Assembly: GCA_038087875.1 (NCBI GenBank) | Contig: CM075993.1 | Location: forward strand, 8,620,001-8,684,000 | DNA from: Malacoraja senta | Lineage: Eukaryota | Length of the DNA stretch: 64,000 nt | Direction of reading: 5' to 3' | In this document: positions 1-12,060 of the stretch, in pieces | Layout: the number at the start of each line of letters is the position of its first letter | How positions within the stretch are numbered: the stretch's first letter is position 1 | Position numbers and translations under genes: made by a program | Notes under the pieces: generated by a model | What the model saw: the letters and a program-made list of their open reading frames with translations, nothing else | Told to the model about the DNA's origin: nothing | The model's database searches: none

Positions 1-495
1 TTGAGGCAGTGCAGCGTAGGTTCACGAGATTGATCCCTGGGATGGCGGGACTGTCATATGAGGAAAGATTGTAAAGACTAGGCTTGTATTCACTGGAGTT
101 TAGAAGGATGAGGAGGGATCTTATAGAAACATATAAAATTATAAAAGGACTGGACAAGCTAGATGCAGGAAAAATGTTCCCAATGTTGGGAGAGTCCAGA
201 ACGAGGGGCCACAGTTTTAGAATAAAGGGGAGGTCATTTAAGACTGAGATGAGAAAAAACGTTTTCACCCAGAGAGTTGTGAAATTATGGAATTCCCTGC
301 CACAGAGGCCAAATCACTGGATGGATTTAAGAGAGAGTTAGATAGAGCTCTAGGGGCTAGTGGAGTCAAGGGATATGGGGAGAAGGCAGGAACGGGTTAT
401 TGATACGGGACGATCAGCCATGATCACAATGAATGGTGGTGCTGGCTCGAAGGGCCGAATGGCCTCCTCCTGCACCTATTTTCTATGTTTCTATG
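1..495 (+). mobile_element. CR1/HER1-type LINE 3' fragment
   Basis: Translates to the CR1 ORF2 C-terminus (LYSLEFRRMRRDLIETYKIIKG...RTRGH...FTQRVVKLWNSLP), followed by the 3' UTR gggccgaatggcct and a (ttctatgt)n tail. Confidence 0.9.
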
Positions 496-774
496 GTCCA
501 GTTTTGTAAGTCGCGTTCCTGCTATAATGTGGGAAGTAGAGCAACCAGTTTGAAGGCTGTGTAGTCCCATCTGTTTTGGGTGGAGACACAAGGAATTGCA
601 GATGCTGGAACCTTGAGCAAAAAATAATGAACTAGAAGAACTCAGAGGCTCTGGTAGCTTCTATGGAGGGAATGATTCCTCAATAGGAATGGATCATAAA
701 AGTCTGAAGAAATGTCCCAACCCAAAAGATCATCTGTCCATCTCTTTTAGATGTTGACAGAAGGACAAGCACTT

Positions 775-945
775 GGACAGAGCCTCCCTGTTCTCTGCAG
801 AATAGTCTCACTGGATCATTTATGTCCTTCTGAGAGAGCAGTTGGAGCCTCAAAATAATGCCTCATCCAAAAGAGAGTACACCTACCTCACACTGTGGTG
901 TACTCAGCCTCCCACTGAGCCATAGCAGATGCTGACTGGTTGACA
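775..945 (-). mobile_element. Degenerate DeuSINE (SacSINE1/AmnSINE1-like) relic
   Basis: ctgagagagcagttggagcctc...tgcctcatccaaaagagagtacacct...tcagcct resembles the reverse complement of the Deu domain as recalled; a similar copy is at 46590-46760. Confidence 0.5.
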
Positions 946-1057
946 GTGGGACACTGAAGGCTGTGGATTCACCCCTGTAGGACATTCAAGAACCAGCTGG
1001 GTTTGTATCCCAGGTTTATAGATTTCATTTACTTTAATCTTTACTTTTCATCTATAG

Positions 1058-1625
1058 CAGGGGTTGGCAACCTTGTTCTGCATAGGGGCCAGGACGCATG
1101 TCTGTGAGCGGATGGCGGGCCACATCTACCACGTGTACACATGGATCCCACCCCGAATGGCCGGCGTCAAATCACGTGTTCACATAGATCCCGCCCCTTC
1201 AAGGACGCCACCCGGACCACTGGCCCCTAGTTACGGGCGCTCACGAACATGGCGCACCTACGGACCATTGCCTTGGCTCTGTCCTGAAGGCGGTGGCTCA
1301 ATTATCACACTCACTCATCCCCGGCCTTTTGACAACCTCGATCCCGACAGTGAAGTCCAGACACAGAAGGTGCGTGGCCGTGCCGGCGGCTTTGCGCAGG
1401 ATGCGGTACAGCCAGAGCTTGACCGCGCTCGGTGCCCCACCGCGGCCTCGGGCCCGGGAGGAGGAGACGGCCTCACCCAACCCTCGGTCCGAAATCACCT
1501 TCCAGGTACCGGAGATGATGGAAGTCTGCGGGCCGGATGATTACGGATAAAAAAACGCCTGCGGGCCAGATGATTTCAGGTTACGGGCCGCATTTGGCCC
1601 GTGGGCCATAGGTTGCCGACCCCTG
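1058..1625. mobile_element. Non-autonomous hAT (Charlie-like) DNA transposon, 568 bp
   Basis: TIRs caggggttggcaacct / aggttgccgacccctg (15/16 match). Exact 8-bp TSD atctatag at 1050-1057 and 1626-1633. CpG-rich interior with no transposase. Confidence 0.92.
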
Positions 1626-2978
1626 ATCTATAGGAAGTGGTGCTATCGGCAAGGCCAGCATTTGTTGCATGTTGCCATTTGCCTCTGGAAGGTGTTGGCA
1701 ATTTGTCACCTCAAACCAATACAGTTTGTCTGCTGAAGATACTCTTTAAATTGCTGTGAAGTAGAAAGTACCAAAATTTAGTGTTGTTGAAAGCTGTGCT
1801 CACCAAATCAAGCAGGGAATATTCCATCACAGTCCTTGTCTGTTAGTTGTAAATGGTGGAAAGGCTGTGTTTCCCAGACACTGGGTGGATTTGCATTCTG
1901 GACTTCATGGTTGTCTGCTCTGTGCCATCAACTGCAAATTTGATTTGGATGAAGTACAGCGAGAAATTATTTTTATCTGAGTGAGCTGCATTGAATCGAT
2001 CCCATTTATCATGATTGTAATACCAAGTCACTCAAGAATACACGAGAGATGGATCAGGGATAGGCCATTCAGCCCATCAAGCCCACTCTGTCATGCAATG
2101 CATTTGTGGCCTGCCCTGGGAGTCAACCTCTGCCAATTTCCCAGTCCTCAATTGCCTGATCTTTCAAAAGTTTATTTAATTCCTCTTTAAATAATCCACT
2201 GATTCAACCCGACAGAATAGAGAATTCTGGCGTTTCACCACCCTCCGTGAGAAGGTGTTCCTCAACACCTCACTTTCAAATGATCGCCCCCTTGTAACCG
2301 TGTCCCCTCACTTCCCCGAGAGGAAGCATCTTGGCACCTACCCTGTCAGGCCCTCTTAGGATCTTGAGCATAATGTTTTGTACAGAAAATGGAGGCTAAT
2401 GTGAAATGCACCAAAAAAAGGCACAAAGTGCTGGATTAACTCAGCGAGTCTGTGGAGGAAATGGATAAGCAACGTTTTAGGTTCGGATCCTTTTTCAATC
2501 TGAAAATGGTTCCCAACCCGAAGCGCCGTTATCCATTTCTTCCAACAATGATGCCTAAACTACTGAATTATTTCAGTACTTTGTGTTTTGCTCACGATTC
2601 CAGCATCTGCAATTTCTTGTGTTTCCATTGAGATTGTGTATGCTTCACTAACATCATCACTTATTCTTCTGAACTTCAAAATACACACATCATATATATT
2701 TTTGTCCATTCTTGCTGGTCAACATTTTTATCTCAGGAATTATCTCTGGAATATATCTCTTCCGGACTGCCTCCAATGCTAGTTTTTCCTTTTTTTAAAA
2801 AATATATTCACCAAAACAGTACACAGTGCCCCAGATGTGGTCTCACCCACACCTTGTTCAATTGTAACAATTTATTTTGAAATTATGAACTCTAGCCATT
2901 AATAACTAATGTGGGTATACAAAAATGCTGGAGAAACTCAGCGGGTGCAGCAGCTTCTATGGAGCGAAGGAAATAGGT

Positions 2979-3006
2979 AACGTTTCGGGCCGAAACCCTT
3001 CTTCAG
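2979..3006 (-). ncRNA. Minimal type-I hammerhead ribozyme motif in a Penelope-derived repeat
   Basis: Minus strand reads CTGAAGA-A-GGGT(TTCG)GCCC-GAAAC-GTT: hammerhead core boxes, stem II and palindromic AACGTT helix III. Confidence 0.65.
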
Positions 3007-6000
3007 ACTTGTCATCTTAGATACTTGCTGAATTTGTGTCCTAACTACATTTGATGGTCTCGTCGGGACTTTGAGGAAGTCACTTCCATTAATATTGCCA
3101 TTGGGAAATGTTAGGTTTAGGTTTATTATTGCCACGTGTATGGTGGTGCAGTGGAAAGCTTTGTGCTGCATAGTATCCAATTAAATCAGATGGTAATGTA
3201 TAGACATTACTAAAATCAAGAGAAACTCAAGCACAATAGGTAGAGCAAAGAGCAGATACAGAGTGTAGAATATTGTTCTCAGCACTGCAGTGCACCAGTT
3301 CCATAGATTAATGTTTGCAATGAGGTAGAAATAAAATGGATATTAGCCTAGCTTATGGAAGGACCGTTCAGAAGCCTGATAGCAGGTTATGTGCAGGAGA
3401 TTAGGATAGGGGGGAAGAGGGTAAATAAGGTCAATTAGATCATCTCCTGTGTTTTTGCTTACACCTTTCCACAGGCCTGAGTGTGTAGTGTCGTTGATGG
3501 CGCTATCTCCTCCCACACCTCGAATGGATTCTATTTTCTTGCAACTCTCACTTCTCCACCCAAGAGTTCATCCTGATGGGATACTGATTTATCAGCTGGG
3601 GACGGTTGGTATAAGAAATGTAAATGCTGTAAACAGTAGGTCAGGCAGCATCTGTGGAGAGAACAACTGAATAAGCATATCTGGTTGAGGCAGAAGAGAT
3701 TAGTTTCACTTACCTTCATATTTGGCACAGACTTCGTAGGCCAAAGGGCTTGTTCCTGTGCTGTGTACTGTTCTACACTGGTGACCTTTCTGTTGAAAGA
3801 TTCAGGATGTGAAACATGAACTATGTTTCTTCCTCCGCAGATGCTGCCTGGGTACTGCCACCATTCCTTTGCAAGGAAGGCTGGCAGATGTAATTTGCAG
3901 TGAGTTTTCTTGGCTGTGTTCAACCTGATGCTATGAAAATAATAGGGTTCAAATTCTGACCTGTGACCTACCATTCTGTTGCTGTCTCCAGTGAGTCTGT
4001 CCTGCTAGTGGGCCAGAATATAACGATTCAGTGCGATGATCCAGACCCAAAATGGTTTCTGTTTCTCCTTCCACAGATGCTGCCTAACTTGCTGGGATTT
4101 TTCCAGCATTTTCTGATTTTATTACAGTAGTTTTCATGCTGGGACATTCATTGTCAAGGTACTTGGTTGAGTATTATTGGAGTTGGATTATAATCTAATC
4201 AGATGTTAACTGAGTTTTGCAAGTTATATGGACATTGTTGTGTGAAGCCTTGTCTCATCATTATAAGTCAATGCGATAATATTCAAATTAGAGAAAATGG
4301 AATGAATACAGATAATCATTCTCTTCGCATGGATTATCACCTTGATATAATCTTGATCATGGATTCAACCATGAAAAGTTCAGCACAATCTTTTCTCATT
4401 TCCTGATTAAGAGATATCTAAACAGAAACTATTATAAACAACTTTCTCCTTTGGTGCAGTGGAAATTTCCACTCCCCTCCCCTTGCAATGGAGAGTTGTA
4501 GACTGTTCCACAGTGTGTACTCTGATTGGAGCCTTGCTTGCAGGCGTGTCTGAGCTCCAGTGAGTACACTGATCCCTTTGTATGGGAGCTCGGTGTCAGC
4601 TGTGGTCAATGTCTCCCACCGTTATTCGCGGATACAGCGGAGAAGAAGAGACTTAAGCACTTAATTTTGTGTTTCTCAGCTAATATTTGGCGCTTTAATG
4701 AGGCTATAGTTTAATTTATTTTAAATTATAGTTTAATGCTATTTAAAGGAGACCAGCACTTACAGAGAGGTTTGTGTCAGACACTGTGGTGTGATCTATC
4801 TACAATCTATCTGAATGTGTTTCTTTCATAGTCTCAGTCATACAGCACATGGTAGTGCTGCTGATCCTCCCAGTCTGCGCTGACCATGAACCACTCATCC
4901 CATTTTATTTTCTCCATTTTCCCATAAACTCCCCCATATTCTACCACTTTGGGGCAGGTTATAGTGGCTAAGTAGTCTAACAACTAGCACCTCTCTGAGA
5001 TGTGGGTCCTCCTATTTCCTGAGTTGCTATGTTAATATGTGGCATTAGACTGCAGATGCCGGAATCTTGAGCAAAAAAAATGATGCAATAGCAAATAAGC
5101 CTGTCAACGCCTCTGCATCAGAAGATTGAGGAGATTTCATGAATGCTCTCTTAAACTTTGATAGGTGTATGGTAGAGAGCATACTTACTTGTTGCATTAA
5201 GGTCTGGTTCGGCAACTCGAACACCCAAAAACGAAGATTACAGAGAGTGGTAAACACGGCCTGAATTTTTATTTATTACTGTATATATTATCTATGTGTA
5301 TTGCGGTTAGGGGCATGTGATCCTGCTGTAAGTAAGAATGTCATTATTCTGTTCTCAGTACATTTGACAGTTAAACACTCTTGACTTTTGAAAAACAAAG
5401 TACTAGGGATTGAGAGCTGTGTGAAGAAGGGCCCCAATCCAAACCTTGTTTGGCCTCCACAGTAAATCCTCTTCTGGGACAGCACGCAAAGAGTCACCAC
5501 ATTCCGGTGCCATCGTGCAACTTCAGTCTCAAGTCTCTCAAATCAAGTCTGATCTTGCCCTAAGGAGGTATGCATTTCCTATTTATGTTCTGAGATCCAG
5601 CATAGTCTCCATGGACTGAATTACCACCTTCTATGTCATTAGGAAATATGAAGTGAGAATAAAGTCCTCCATCCCTGGGAGGTCCTGTACCCGTGATATT
5701 TCTGTGGCACTAAGCTTGACTTGCTGGAAAGTTCTGTTGAGAATATATAAAAGTTCCCTTGCTTTCTATTTCCTATTATTCCCAGAGGAAATGGGGTTGG
5801 GGCCAGAGGGTTGCTACACTGGGAATAATGGAGTGATCCTGTGATTCAGTGTGTCTTATTTTGCATTTGAATCGGAAGTTGTAGTTTCAATCCTCCCCAA
5901 CATATAGGACAACAGTACTGAGGACTGCACCAGAGATTAAATTGAGACATATAGTATCTCTCATTTGGCAGATTATCTGTTCTTTACCCAGTACTATTTG

Positions 6001-6290
6001 TTGGTTCTTGCTTTTTGCAAAGTGGCTGCCAAACTTTCTACATTAAAGCAACAACTGCTGCTCAACTGCAAACCTGTTTGTGGACATTCCAAGGTTGTGA
6101 AGATGTGATGATAAACAGCCTTCCCTTTCTTTCTGCATCGTCGATCTTACACAAACGCACGGTCTGGAAGACAGATATACAGGTAGAGCAAAGCACAAGG
6201 TTCCTAAACAAAGGTTTGTTATATAAGATTTGCAACACTGTCAGGCCATTCAGCCCTATGTCCATTTACCGACCAATATTGTCTGGTAGA

Positions 6291-6414
6291 CACAGAAAGC
6301 TGGAGTAACTCAGCGGGTCAGGCAGTATCTCTGGAGAAAAGGAATAGGTGACATCGCCAATTCCTTTTCTCCAGAGATACTGTCTGACCCGCTGAGTTAC
6401 TCCAGCTTTTTGTG
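6291..6414. repeat. Penelope-derived fold-back element, about 60-bp near-perfect inverted arms
   Basis: aaagctggagtaactcagcgggtcaggcagtatctctggagaaaaggaat followed by its reverse complement; the central hammerhead is deleted. Confidence 0.8.
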
Positions 6415-6831
6415 CCCATCTTTGGTTTAAACCAGCTTCTGCAGTTCCTTCCTACACACTATATCTTCTGCTCTTTGGATGCCCTGAGGCTGTGAAAGGT
6501 ATTGAAATAATAGTAGCTCTTTGCCTATTTTTAAAATGGCAGAAGATTAGCTCCATTCAACTTGTGACTAACAGTAAGGAAAATGTATATTTTTTACTCA
6601 TTTGCTTCTTTGGATCTGGGCATCCCTGGAAAAACCAGCATTTATTGCCCATCCCTATTTGCCATTGTGAAGGAAGTGGTTAGAACCGCTGCAATCCTTT
6701 GGTGATTTTTGGGAGGGAGTTACCAGGATTTAGACCCAGCAGTGATGAAGAGCCATGATATATTTCCTCAACGTGCTGCACAAGGGGAAGAGAAACTTGT
6801 AGTTGGTGGTGTTCCCTTGCATCTGTTGCCT

Positions 6832-7622
6832 TGGCGCTGTATATGGCTGCCCCGCCGACAGCCTGTCTTTTTTTTCTTCTCTTGTGACTGTGTTACTTGT
6901 ATGTTTTTAGTGTATCTTTAGTTTATGTATTATGTGAGGGTGGGGCGGAGTTAGGGGAAACCTTTTTTTATCTCTTTCCTCAACAGAGATGCAACTTTTT
7001 CATTGTATCTCTGTCTGCATTGCGGCTTTAACAGCGTGGAGCTGGCGGGATCCTTTGTTAGGGATCGACTGCGGGGGTTCCAACCGCAGGAGCTTCGACC
7101 ACCCCGATCACGGGAGCTCCGATCACCCCGATCACGGGAGAAAAGGAAGAAAGAAGGTATAAGTTATTTGCCTTCCATCACAGTGGGGAATGTGAGATCG
7201 CCGAAAAAACAAGATGGACGTGCTGCCTGCACTGGTGAGGACTCGGAGGGAGTGCTGTGAGTGCAGTGATCTCGGTGTTTGCGGGGACATGGCTCCATGA
7301 GGACATCCCGGAGTTTAGTGCGACTGTGGACGGCTTTCTGACTGTTCGGGTGGACAGGGATTGCACAGAGAGTGACAGCGGTCAGTACAACTGGTCATAT
7401 CACGGTGAAGGAGCGTGTGTGTGGTCCGGACATTGAACTGATGGCTGTGGGTCTCCGCTCATGCTGTGTGCCCTGGGGATTCTCACACGCCGTTGTTTTG
7501 GCTGTTTAAGTCTATGTTTAATTTTTATGTGGTTATGTATCTTGTTGTTTTATATGACTGTTGGCAAATCAAATTCCTTGTATGTTTACTTACTTGGCTA
7601 ATAAATTAAATTATAATTACAA
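6832..7622 (+). mobile_element. Internally deleted Rex1/Babar-type LINE derivative
   Basis: 5' UTR, then a degenerate endonuclease start (LPSITVGNVRS...TWLHEDIP...VDGFLTVRVDRDCTES...HITVKERVCGPDIELMAVGLR), joined to a 3' end with ggctaataaa and a short (aattac)-type tail. Confidence 0.7.
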
Positions 7623-8619
7623 TTTGTCCTTCATAGTGGCAGAGTGGCATGTTAAGGGAATTCTGTCAGAATAGCCCTAATGTAATTTTATAGATGTTAC
7701 ATACTGTGCCCCAGTGGTAAAGAGAATGAATGTTTGGGGTGTTGGATGGGGTAACAGTCTGGTGGGTTGCTTTATCTTGGTTGGTGTCAAATCTGTTGAA
7801 TGTTGTTGATGTTTTACTAATCCATTCAAGTTGAGAATATTTACTTGGTTTGTGCATTAGAAATGGTAGGGTTTGGGGTTGTTGGAAGATGAGTATTTCA
7901 CTCTGGAATACCCAGCCTCTGACGGATACCCAGCCACAGATGCTGCCCGACCCACTGTGTTCTTCCAGAAGTTTGTTTTTCACTCAATACTCCAGCATCT
8001 GCAGTCTTTGGCATTTCCATACTCAAACTTTGTCTGGGTGCTATGCAAGAGGATATTGTTTTGGTGACTGCTTATTTTTGTATGTTGGCTAAAATTATAA
8101 GTCAAGTCAAGAGTGTTTAATTGTCATAGGTATCAAAAATGGACCGATAAAATTATTACTTGCAGCAGCATAATAGGTCTATAAACTCAGTATTCATAGG
8201 TAACAGAATAAGCAATAAAAAGTTCAATCATGTAAAAGAAAAAAAACAATATTAGTGCAACAAAAAGCCCAAAGTCCCTAGTGCAACAAAAACAGTTCAT
8301 AGTTTGTAGTTAATTGCTGTTTGGAGTGTTCACGGTCCTGATGGTTGTTGGGAAGAAGCTGTTACTGATCCTGGAGGGCATAGTTTACAGATTTCTTCAT
8401 ACCTTCTTTCTGTTGGCAGGAGTGAAATGAGCGCGAGGCCAGGGTAGTGTGCGTCCTTGATGATTACCATTTTGAGGCAGCACCTCCTTTAAATCCATTT
8501 GACAGTATCCATGACAGACTGGGCAGTGTCCTCCACATTTAGTAATCTCATGAGTTTCTGGGTGTTTGAGTTGCTGAACCAGGCTGTGACAAGTCAAGAG
8601 GTTCTTTTGATTTGAGAAT

Positions 8620-9390
8620 TACAGCAGGATCTCGATCAGCTGGGCAGGGGGTGATTGATGTAGTTTAATGCAGATAAGTGCGATGATGGGATTTTGGGAA
8701 GTCAAACGAGGGCAGAACTTTCACAGTGAAAGGCAGGACCCGGGATAGTATTGTAGAGCACAGTGAAGAAGGAGTGCAGGTACATAGTTCCCTGAAAATA
8801 GCGTCACAGGTAGATAGGATGGCCAAGAAGGCTTCTGGTACATTGGCCCTCATCAGTCAGGGTATTGAGTACAGAAGTTGGAATGTTATATTACAGTTGT
8901 ACAAGACGTTGGTGAGACTGAGTATTGTGTTCAGTTTTTGGCACCCTGCTGAAGGAAAGATGTCATTATGTGGAAAGTGCAGAGAAGATTTACGAGGATG
9001 TTGCCAAGGTTTGAGTGCAGGAAGCTGAGGGGTGGTCTTATAGAGGTGTATAAGGTCATGAGGGGAATAAATAGGGTGAATGACGGTCTAGTACCCAGTG
9101 TAGGGGGAATTAAAAAAATAGAGGAGATAGGTTTAAGGTGAGGGGAAAAGATTTAATAGTAGCCTGAGGGTAACATTTTCCACACAGAGTGTGGTGGGTA
9201 TATGGAACGAGCAGCCAGATGAGGTAGTTAAGGCAGGTACAATAACAACATTTAAAAGACATTTGGATAGGTACATGTGCAGGAAAGGTGTGGAAGAATA
9301 TGGGACAAACGTGGGCAGGTGGGGCTAAAGTAGATGGGGGATCTTGATTGGAATTTGCAAGTTGGCCGAAGGACCCGTTTCCAACTCTAA
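8620..9390 (+). mobile_element. CR1 LINE 3' fragment (degenerate)
   Basis: GVQVHSSLKIASQVDRMAKKASGTLALISQGIEYRSWNVILQLYKTLVR is the CR1 ORF2 post-RT region; it ends in a HER1-like tail. Confidence 0.85.
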
Positions 9391-9529
9391 CTGGAAAATA
9401 AATAACATGTCAATAAAGAATGCACATCAATGAACTTGTTTTTCATTTGTGTGGAAAATCTTTAAACCTTCCTCGCCTATTTTCCTTTGTGACTTTGTGG
9501 ATTAAAACCGACTTTGATCAACTGCATTC

Positions 9530-9600
9530 ATGAAGAAAGTTATTTTTGACTTTGCAAACCAATTTCACAAAATGGCCTGGACTGTAACCATCGCCACCAT
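9530..9600 (+). CDS. gramd2a: Candidate first coding exon of GRAMD2A (MKKVIFDFANQFHKMAWTVTIAT+M)
   Basis: Open from ATG 9530 (second ATG at 9572) to donor AT|gtgagc. Phase 2 fits the 11456 exon and gives about 341 aa in total. No homology support. Confidence 0.4.
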
Positions 9601-9877
9601 GTGAGCTGCTGACTGATTAAATGAATTGGACAGAGTACAGTGACTTAGCTGAAAGAGCAGAGTGGAATTGGACATTCCCAGAAGGATTTAATCTCTTGTC
9701 AAATGATTACTGTGTGGTCAAAAATCAAATGAAGCAGTGTAGGCCCAGGAGATTAATTGTGTGTTGTGAAATATTTGCTTGTTATTCCATTAACGTTGCT
9801 TTGACAGCCAGAGAAAGGCTGATCCACTGTGAAGCAGGGGGTCCTGTGGTCCTTGCCTCTATGCCCCATTTTGGCAG

Positions 9878-9936
9878 GGAGCTGGTCACATCATCATTTC
9901 TGAGAAATTTGACCAGAGGCTCGTTGTTCAGAGTCG
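9878..9936 (+). CDS. gramd2a: Alternative candidate upstream exon of GRAMD2A (GAGHIIISEKFDQRLVVQS+R)
   Basis: Acceptor ttggcag| and donor CG|gtaagg; the phase-2 end also fits the 11456 exon. It is frame-incompatible with the 9530-9600 exon. Confidence 0.3.
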
Positions 9937-9969
9937 GTAAGGCATTGTTTGCCTAGTTTGGATCAGAGA

Positions 9970-10560
9970 GTCATGCAGCACAGAAACAGACCCTTCAGCC
10001 CAACTTGTCTGTGTTGACCAAGATGCCACATCTATGCTATTCCCATTTCCCCGCATTTAGCCCATATCCCTCTAAACCTTTCCTATCCATGTACCTGTCC
10101 AAATGAATCTTAAATGTTGTTATTGTACTACCTCAGCTACTTCCTCTGGCACTTTGTTCTATATACTCATCGGTACTCTGTGTGGAAAAAATAACTCCTT
10201 AGGTTCCTATTAAACCTTTCCCCTCTCACATTAAACCTATGGCCCCAAGTTCATGATTTTCCTACCCTGAGAAAAAGACTGTGCATTCACCCCATCTATT
10301 CCCCTCATGATTTGATACACCGTTGTAAGATCACACCTCAATCCCCTGTGCTCCAAGGAATAAAGCCCTGGCCTGCCCAATCTCTCCCTATATCTCAGGC
10401 CCTTGAGAGCTGGTGACATCCTCATAAATCTTCTCTGCACCTTTTCCTGCTTAACAGCATCTTTCATACATCAGGGTGACCAAACTAAACGCAATACTTC
10501 AAGTGCGGCCTCAACAGTGTATTGTACAACTGTAACATAATGTCCCAACTTCTATACTCA
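9970..10560 (-). mobile_element. CR1 LINE 3' fragment
   Basis: Minus-strand ORF KDAVKQEKVQRRFMRM...GLYSLEHRGLRCDL...VYQIMRGID plus HER1 tail. Confidence 0.85.
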
Positions 10561-11078
10561 ATTCATTTAAATGCAATACTTCAGGTTCCTTTTTATCTTT
10601 TAATTTAATCTTACTTGTAAAGTCATTATAACTAAGTTTTAATCTGCTCATAACAATCAAGTGACTGCCATGTTACTGCATTTATCTTATTAACACATCC
10701 ATGTTCCTTAATTTCTTCCACTCTTGCATCTTGGGCTGGCTCCATTTCTCCGCAACTGCCTTGTCGATTGGCTCTCTTTCCTCCTGCCACCTCTCCTTCC
10801 TTCACCCATCTCCCACTCCCGCTCTCTGTTCATTAAATTTTAAGAAGGTTCTGATTTGGTTTATTATTATTGCCATGCGTATTGGAATATAGTGAAAAGG
10901 TTTACATTAAATAAAAAACATAATATGATTGAAACACTCAGCAAGTTGGGCAGAAACAGAATTAATGTTTTGGGTTGAAGACATTTAAAACTTGCCTTTT
11001 TGGTTAAGCTTTCAGTCATCTTTCCTAGAATCCAAGTGCCAAATGTTTTGGTATAGGAAGGAACTGCAGATTTGCAAG

Positions 11079-11314
11079 AATCTTTGCAAGAACTGCAAAT
11101 GCTGGTTTACACTGAGGATAGACACAAAATGCTGGAGTAATTCAGCGGGTCAGGCAGCATCTCTGGAGAAACAGCATGGGTGACATTAAGGGTCGGAACC
11201 GTTCTTCAGACCCTTCTTCTTGAGTCTGAAGAAGGGCCCCGACCCGAAACATCACCCATCCTTTTTCTCCAGAGATGCTGCCTGACCCACTGAGTTACTC
11301 CAGCATTTTGTGTC
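11079..11314. repeat. Penelope-derived fold-back element with hammerhead motif (11226-11253, +)
   Basis: Inverted arms gacacaaaatgctggagtaattcagcgggtcaggcagcatctctggagaaa and its reverse complement; the centre reads CTGAAGAAGGGCCCCGACCCGAAACATC. Confidence 0.75.
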
Positions 11315-11455
11315 AACTATTTTTGTGTGATTACTCTCTCCCAAAGGACCTTGAAGTTTCCTACATTGGAGGCGCTACATACATACAATTCTTTGTTGGT
11401 GTACAAGTAACCCATTGCACATGGACAATTCCAACGTGTTCTTCTGTTATTATAG

Positions 11456-11572
11456 GCTGAAACCGCCATTGGAAATGGACCCTCTGCAGAATGACCGCAG
11501 CCCCTCCCCAAACATGGACGCTATTGAGACCTCCGTGGAAGAAGATAGCTTCGAATCACGTCCGCGTGGAAG
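11456..11572 (+). CDS. gramd2a: GRAMD2A exon (LKPPLEMDPLQNDRSPSPNMDAIETSVEEDSFESRPRG+R)
   Basis: Acceptor ttattatag|, donor AG|gtaccg; 117 nt, phase 2-2, open and in phase with the 18558 exon. Confidence 0.65.
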
Positions 11573-11756
11573 GTACCGCTCTTTGTTGCAATAGAACCTT
11601 CAGATTTCATTATGATATTGGGGCTTAGTGGGAAGGTATGTGAACCAGTGGAATAGACTTGGCAATTGAGGAATGGGAGCTCTGGTTGAAGTGTTTTAAA
11701 TGACATGATAGAGAATTGAACACATTTCCCGTGGATGGGACGTTTACAATCCATGA

Positions 11757-12060
11757 TTTAGTTTAGAGATACAGCATGGATACAGGCCCTTCGGCCCACC
11801 TGATCCACGCCGATTATAGAACTAGTGTGAACAGGAGATCAATGTTATCCCACTTTCTCATCAACTTCCTACACACTGGGTCACTTTACAGAGGCCAATT
11901 GACTTACAAATCCGCACGTTTTTGGAATGTGGACAGAAACCAGAGTACCTGGAGGAAACCCACACGGTCACAGGGAGAACATGCAAACTCCACACAGACA
12001 CCATCCGAGATCAGGGTCGAACCCAGATCTCTGGCGCTGTGAGGCAGCAGCTGTGCGGCC
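11757..12060 (-). mobile_element. HE1-type V-SINE
   Basis: tRNA-like head, V-domain (ttctccctgtgaccgtgtgggtttcctcc), HER1-like tail and (taaac)n end on the minus strand. Confidence 0.85.

Noticed and set aside
1064..1550. 158-aa and overlapping ORFs
   Set aside because: GC-rich interior of a MITE with no transposase or other recognisable motif.
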